Shown: in pieces, positions 62,030 to 64,000 of the stretch
Layout of the letters: each line of letters starts with the position of its first letter
How positions within the stretch are numbered: the first letter of the stretch is position 1
DNA from: Hypanus sabinus
Lineage: Eukaryota
Assembly (NCBI RefSeq): GCF_030144855.1
Contig: NC_082727.1
Span: forward strand, 62,434,001 to 62,498,000
Direction of reading: 5' to 3'
DNA length: 64,000 nt
Position numbers and translations under genes: made by a program
The notes under the pieces: model-generated
Databases searched by the model: none
Told to the model about the DNA's origin: nothing
Seen by the model: the letters and a program-made list of their open reading frames with translations, nothing else

Positions 62030-63950
62030 TAGGCCAACAGCATGAATGGCAGCAATGCTTCACTGGCAGATGAACTCAATGCCTTCTATGCCCGCTGTGA
62101 AAGGGAAAACACAACTACTGCTGTGAAGATCCCTGCTGCACCCGATGACCCTGTGATCTCTTTCTCAGAGGCCAATGTTAAGCTGTCTTTAAAGAAAGTT
62201 TTTTTTTATGCGGAGTGTGGTGAGTGTGTGAAATGGGCTGCCAGCAATGGTGGTGGAGGCAGGTGATAGGGTCTTTTAAGTGATTCCTGGGTAGGTACGT
62301 GGAAATTAGAAAAATAGAGGGCCATGGGTAACCCTAGGGAATTTCTGAAGTAGGTATATGTTCAGCACAGCATTGTGGGTTGAAGTGCCTATATTGTGCT
62401 GTAGGTTTTCCATGTGTCTATATTTCTAGAGTGAACCTTCGCGAGGCGGAAGGTCCTGATGGAGTACCTGGTAAGGCTCTGAAAACCTGTGCCAACCAAC
62501 TAGCGGGAGTATTCACGGACACTTTCAGCCTCTCACTGTTATGGGCAGAAGTTCCCACTTGCTTCAAAAAGGCAACAATTATATCAGTACCTAAGAAGAA
62601 TAATGTGAGCTGCCTTAATGACACTCTCATCTACAGTGATGAAATGCTTTGAGAGGTTGGTCATGACTAGACTGAACTCCTGCCTCAGCAAGGACCTGGA
62701 CCCATTGCAATTTGCCTTTCACCACAATAGGTCAACAGCAGACGCAATCTCAATGGCTCTCTACACAGCTTTAGACCACTTGGACAACACAAGCACCTAT
62801 GTCAGGATGCTGTTCATCGACTATAGCTCAGCATTTAGTACCATCATTCCCACAATCCTGATCAAGAAGTTGCAAGCCTGGGTCTCTCTACCTCCCTCTG
62901 CAATTGGATCCTAACTGGAAGACCACAATCTGTGCGAATCAGTGATAACATATCTTCCTCACTGATGATCAACACAGGCACACTTCAGGGGTGTGTGCTT
63001 AGCCCACTGCTCTACTCTCTATATACACATGACTGTGTGGCTCGGCATAGCTCAAATATCATCTATACATTTGCTGACAATACAACTATTGTTGGTAGAA
63101 TCTGAGGTGGTGACAAGAGGGCGTACAGGAGTGAGATAAGCCAACTAGTGGAGCGGTGTCACAGCAACTACCTGGCACTCAACGTCAGTAAAACAAAAGA
63201 GCTGATTGTGGACTTCAGGAAGTGTAAGATGAAGGAACATATACCAATCCTCATAGAGGGATCAGGAGTGGAGAGCGTGAGCATTTCAAATTCCAGGGTA
63301 TCAAGATCTCTGAGGATCTAACCTGGTCCCAACATATCATTGTAGCTATATAGAAGGCAAGACAGCTGCTATACTTCATTAGGAGTTTAAAGAGATTTGG
63401 CATGTCAAAAAATACACTCAAAAACTTCTATAGATGTACCATGGAGAGCATTCTGACAGGCTGCATCTCTGTCTGGTATGAAAGGGCTACTGCACAGGAC
63501 TGAAAGAAGCTGTAAATCTAGTCAGCTCCATCTTGGGTACTATCCTACAAAGTACCCAGGACATCTTTAGGGAGCGGTGGCTCAGAGAGGTAGCATCCAC
63601 TATTAAGGACCCCCATCACCCAGGTCATGTCCTTTTCTCATTGCTACCATCAAGGAGGAGGTACAGAAGCCTGAAGGCACACACTCAGTGATTCAGGAAC
63701 AGCTTCTTCTCCTCTGCTATCCAAATCCGAAATGGACATTGAACCCTTGGACACTACCTCACTTTTTTTTAATATACAGTATTTCTGTTTTTTGCATGGT
63801 TTTAAAATCTATTCAATATGCGTATACTGCAATTTATTTATTTATTTATTATTATTATTTTCTTCTAGATTATGTATTGCATTGAACTGCTGCTGCTAAG
63901 TTAACAAATTTCACGTCACATGCCGGTGATAATAAACCTGATTCTGATTC
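62030..63950 (+). mobile_element. Rex1/Babar LINE (same subfamily as 12141-15070), 5'-truncated, with a CR1 tail inserted at about 62195-62428
   Basis: [59 protein letters not shown]; tail aataaacctgattctgattct. Confidence 0.92.
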
Positions 63951-64000
63951 TAATGTGTCTAATCCCTGTGACTCTATTATGATAGAATTGTGCTGAATTG

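Noticed and set aside
1-64000. CRISPR array or prokaryotic defence/retron-like system
   Set aside because: Eukaryotic intronic DNA; recurring repeats are dispersed TE ends in both orientations, not regularly spaced arrays, and there are no operon-like ORFs.
9953-64000. Next ATRNL1 exon (QLLRERQQMASRPFA...)
   Set aside because: No matching coding sequence found by eye; probably beyond the window. A tBLASTn search would be decisive.

Overview
AT-rich vertebrate genomic DNA. The repeat set (CR1/HER1-like LINEs, V-SINEs, Rex1/Babar LINEs, abundant Penelope-like elements) suggests a cartilaginous fish, probably a ray; this is an inference. The only host-gene sequence I can support is one 79-bp internal coding exon of ATRNL1 (attractin-like 1; + strand, 9874-9952, CFLSLLLVAAVVWKIKQTCWASRRRE). 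Everything else appears to be its flanking introns, densely filled with decayed and often nested transposable elements. The most interesting signal is a family of about 18 dispersed minimal type-I hammerhead ribozyme motifs (consensus CAGTC-CTGAYGA-A-GGG-N6-CCC-GAAA-C-GTC-GACTG) in the terminal repeat of a Penelope-like retroelement. Each is followed by a conserved hairpin that shows a compensatory base change. Several of these insertions are inverted head-to-head, with junctions in or next to the ribozyme. Also notable: a hAT element carrying two independent solo LTRs and inserted into one of these ribozyme copies, a fragment of an R4/Dong-type restriction-like endonuclease LINE at a (TAA)n site, and a 37-bp fold-back duplication. 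No prokaryotic-type system, CRISPR array, rRNA or intact tRNA was seen. Repeat boundaries are approximate (tens of bp) unless TSDs or TIRs are quoted.
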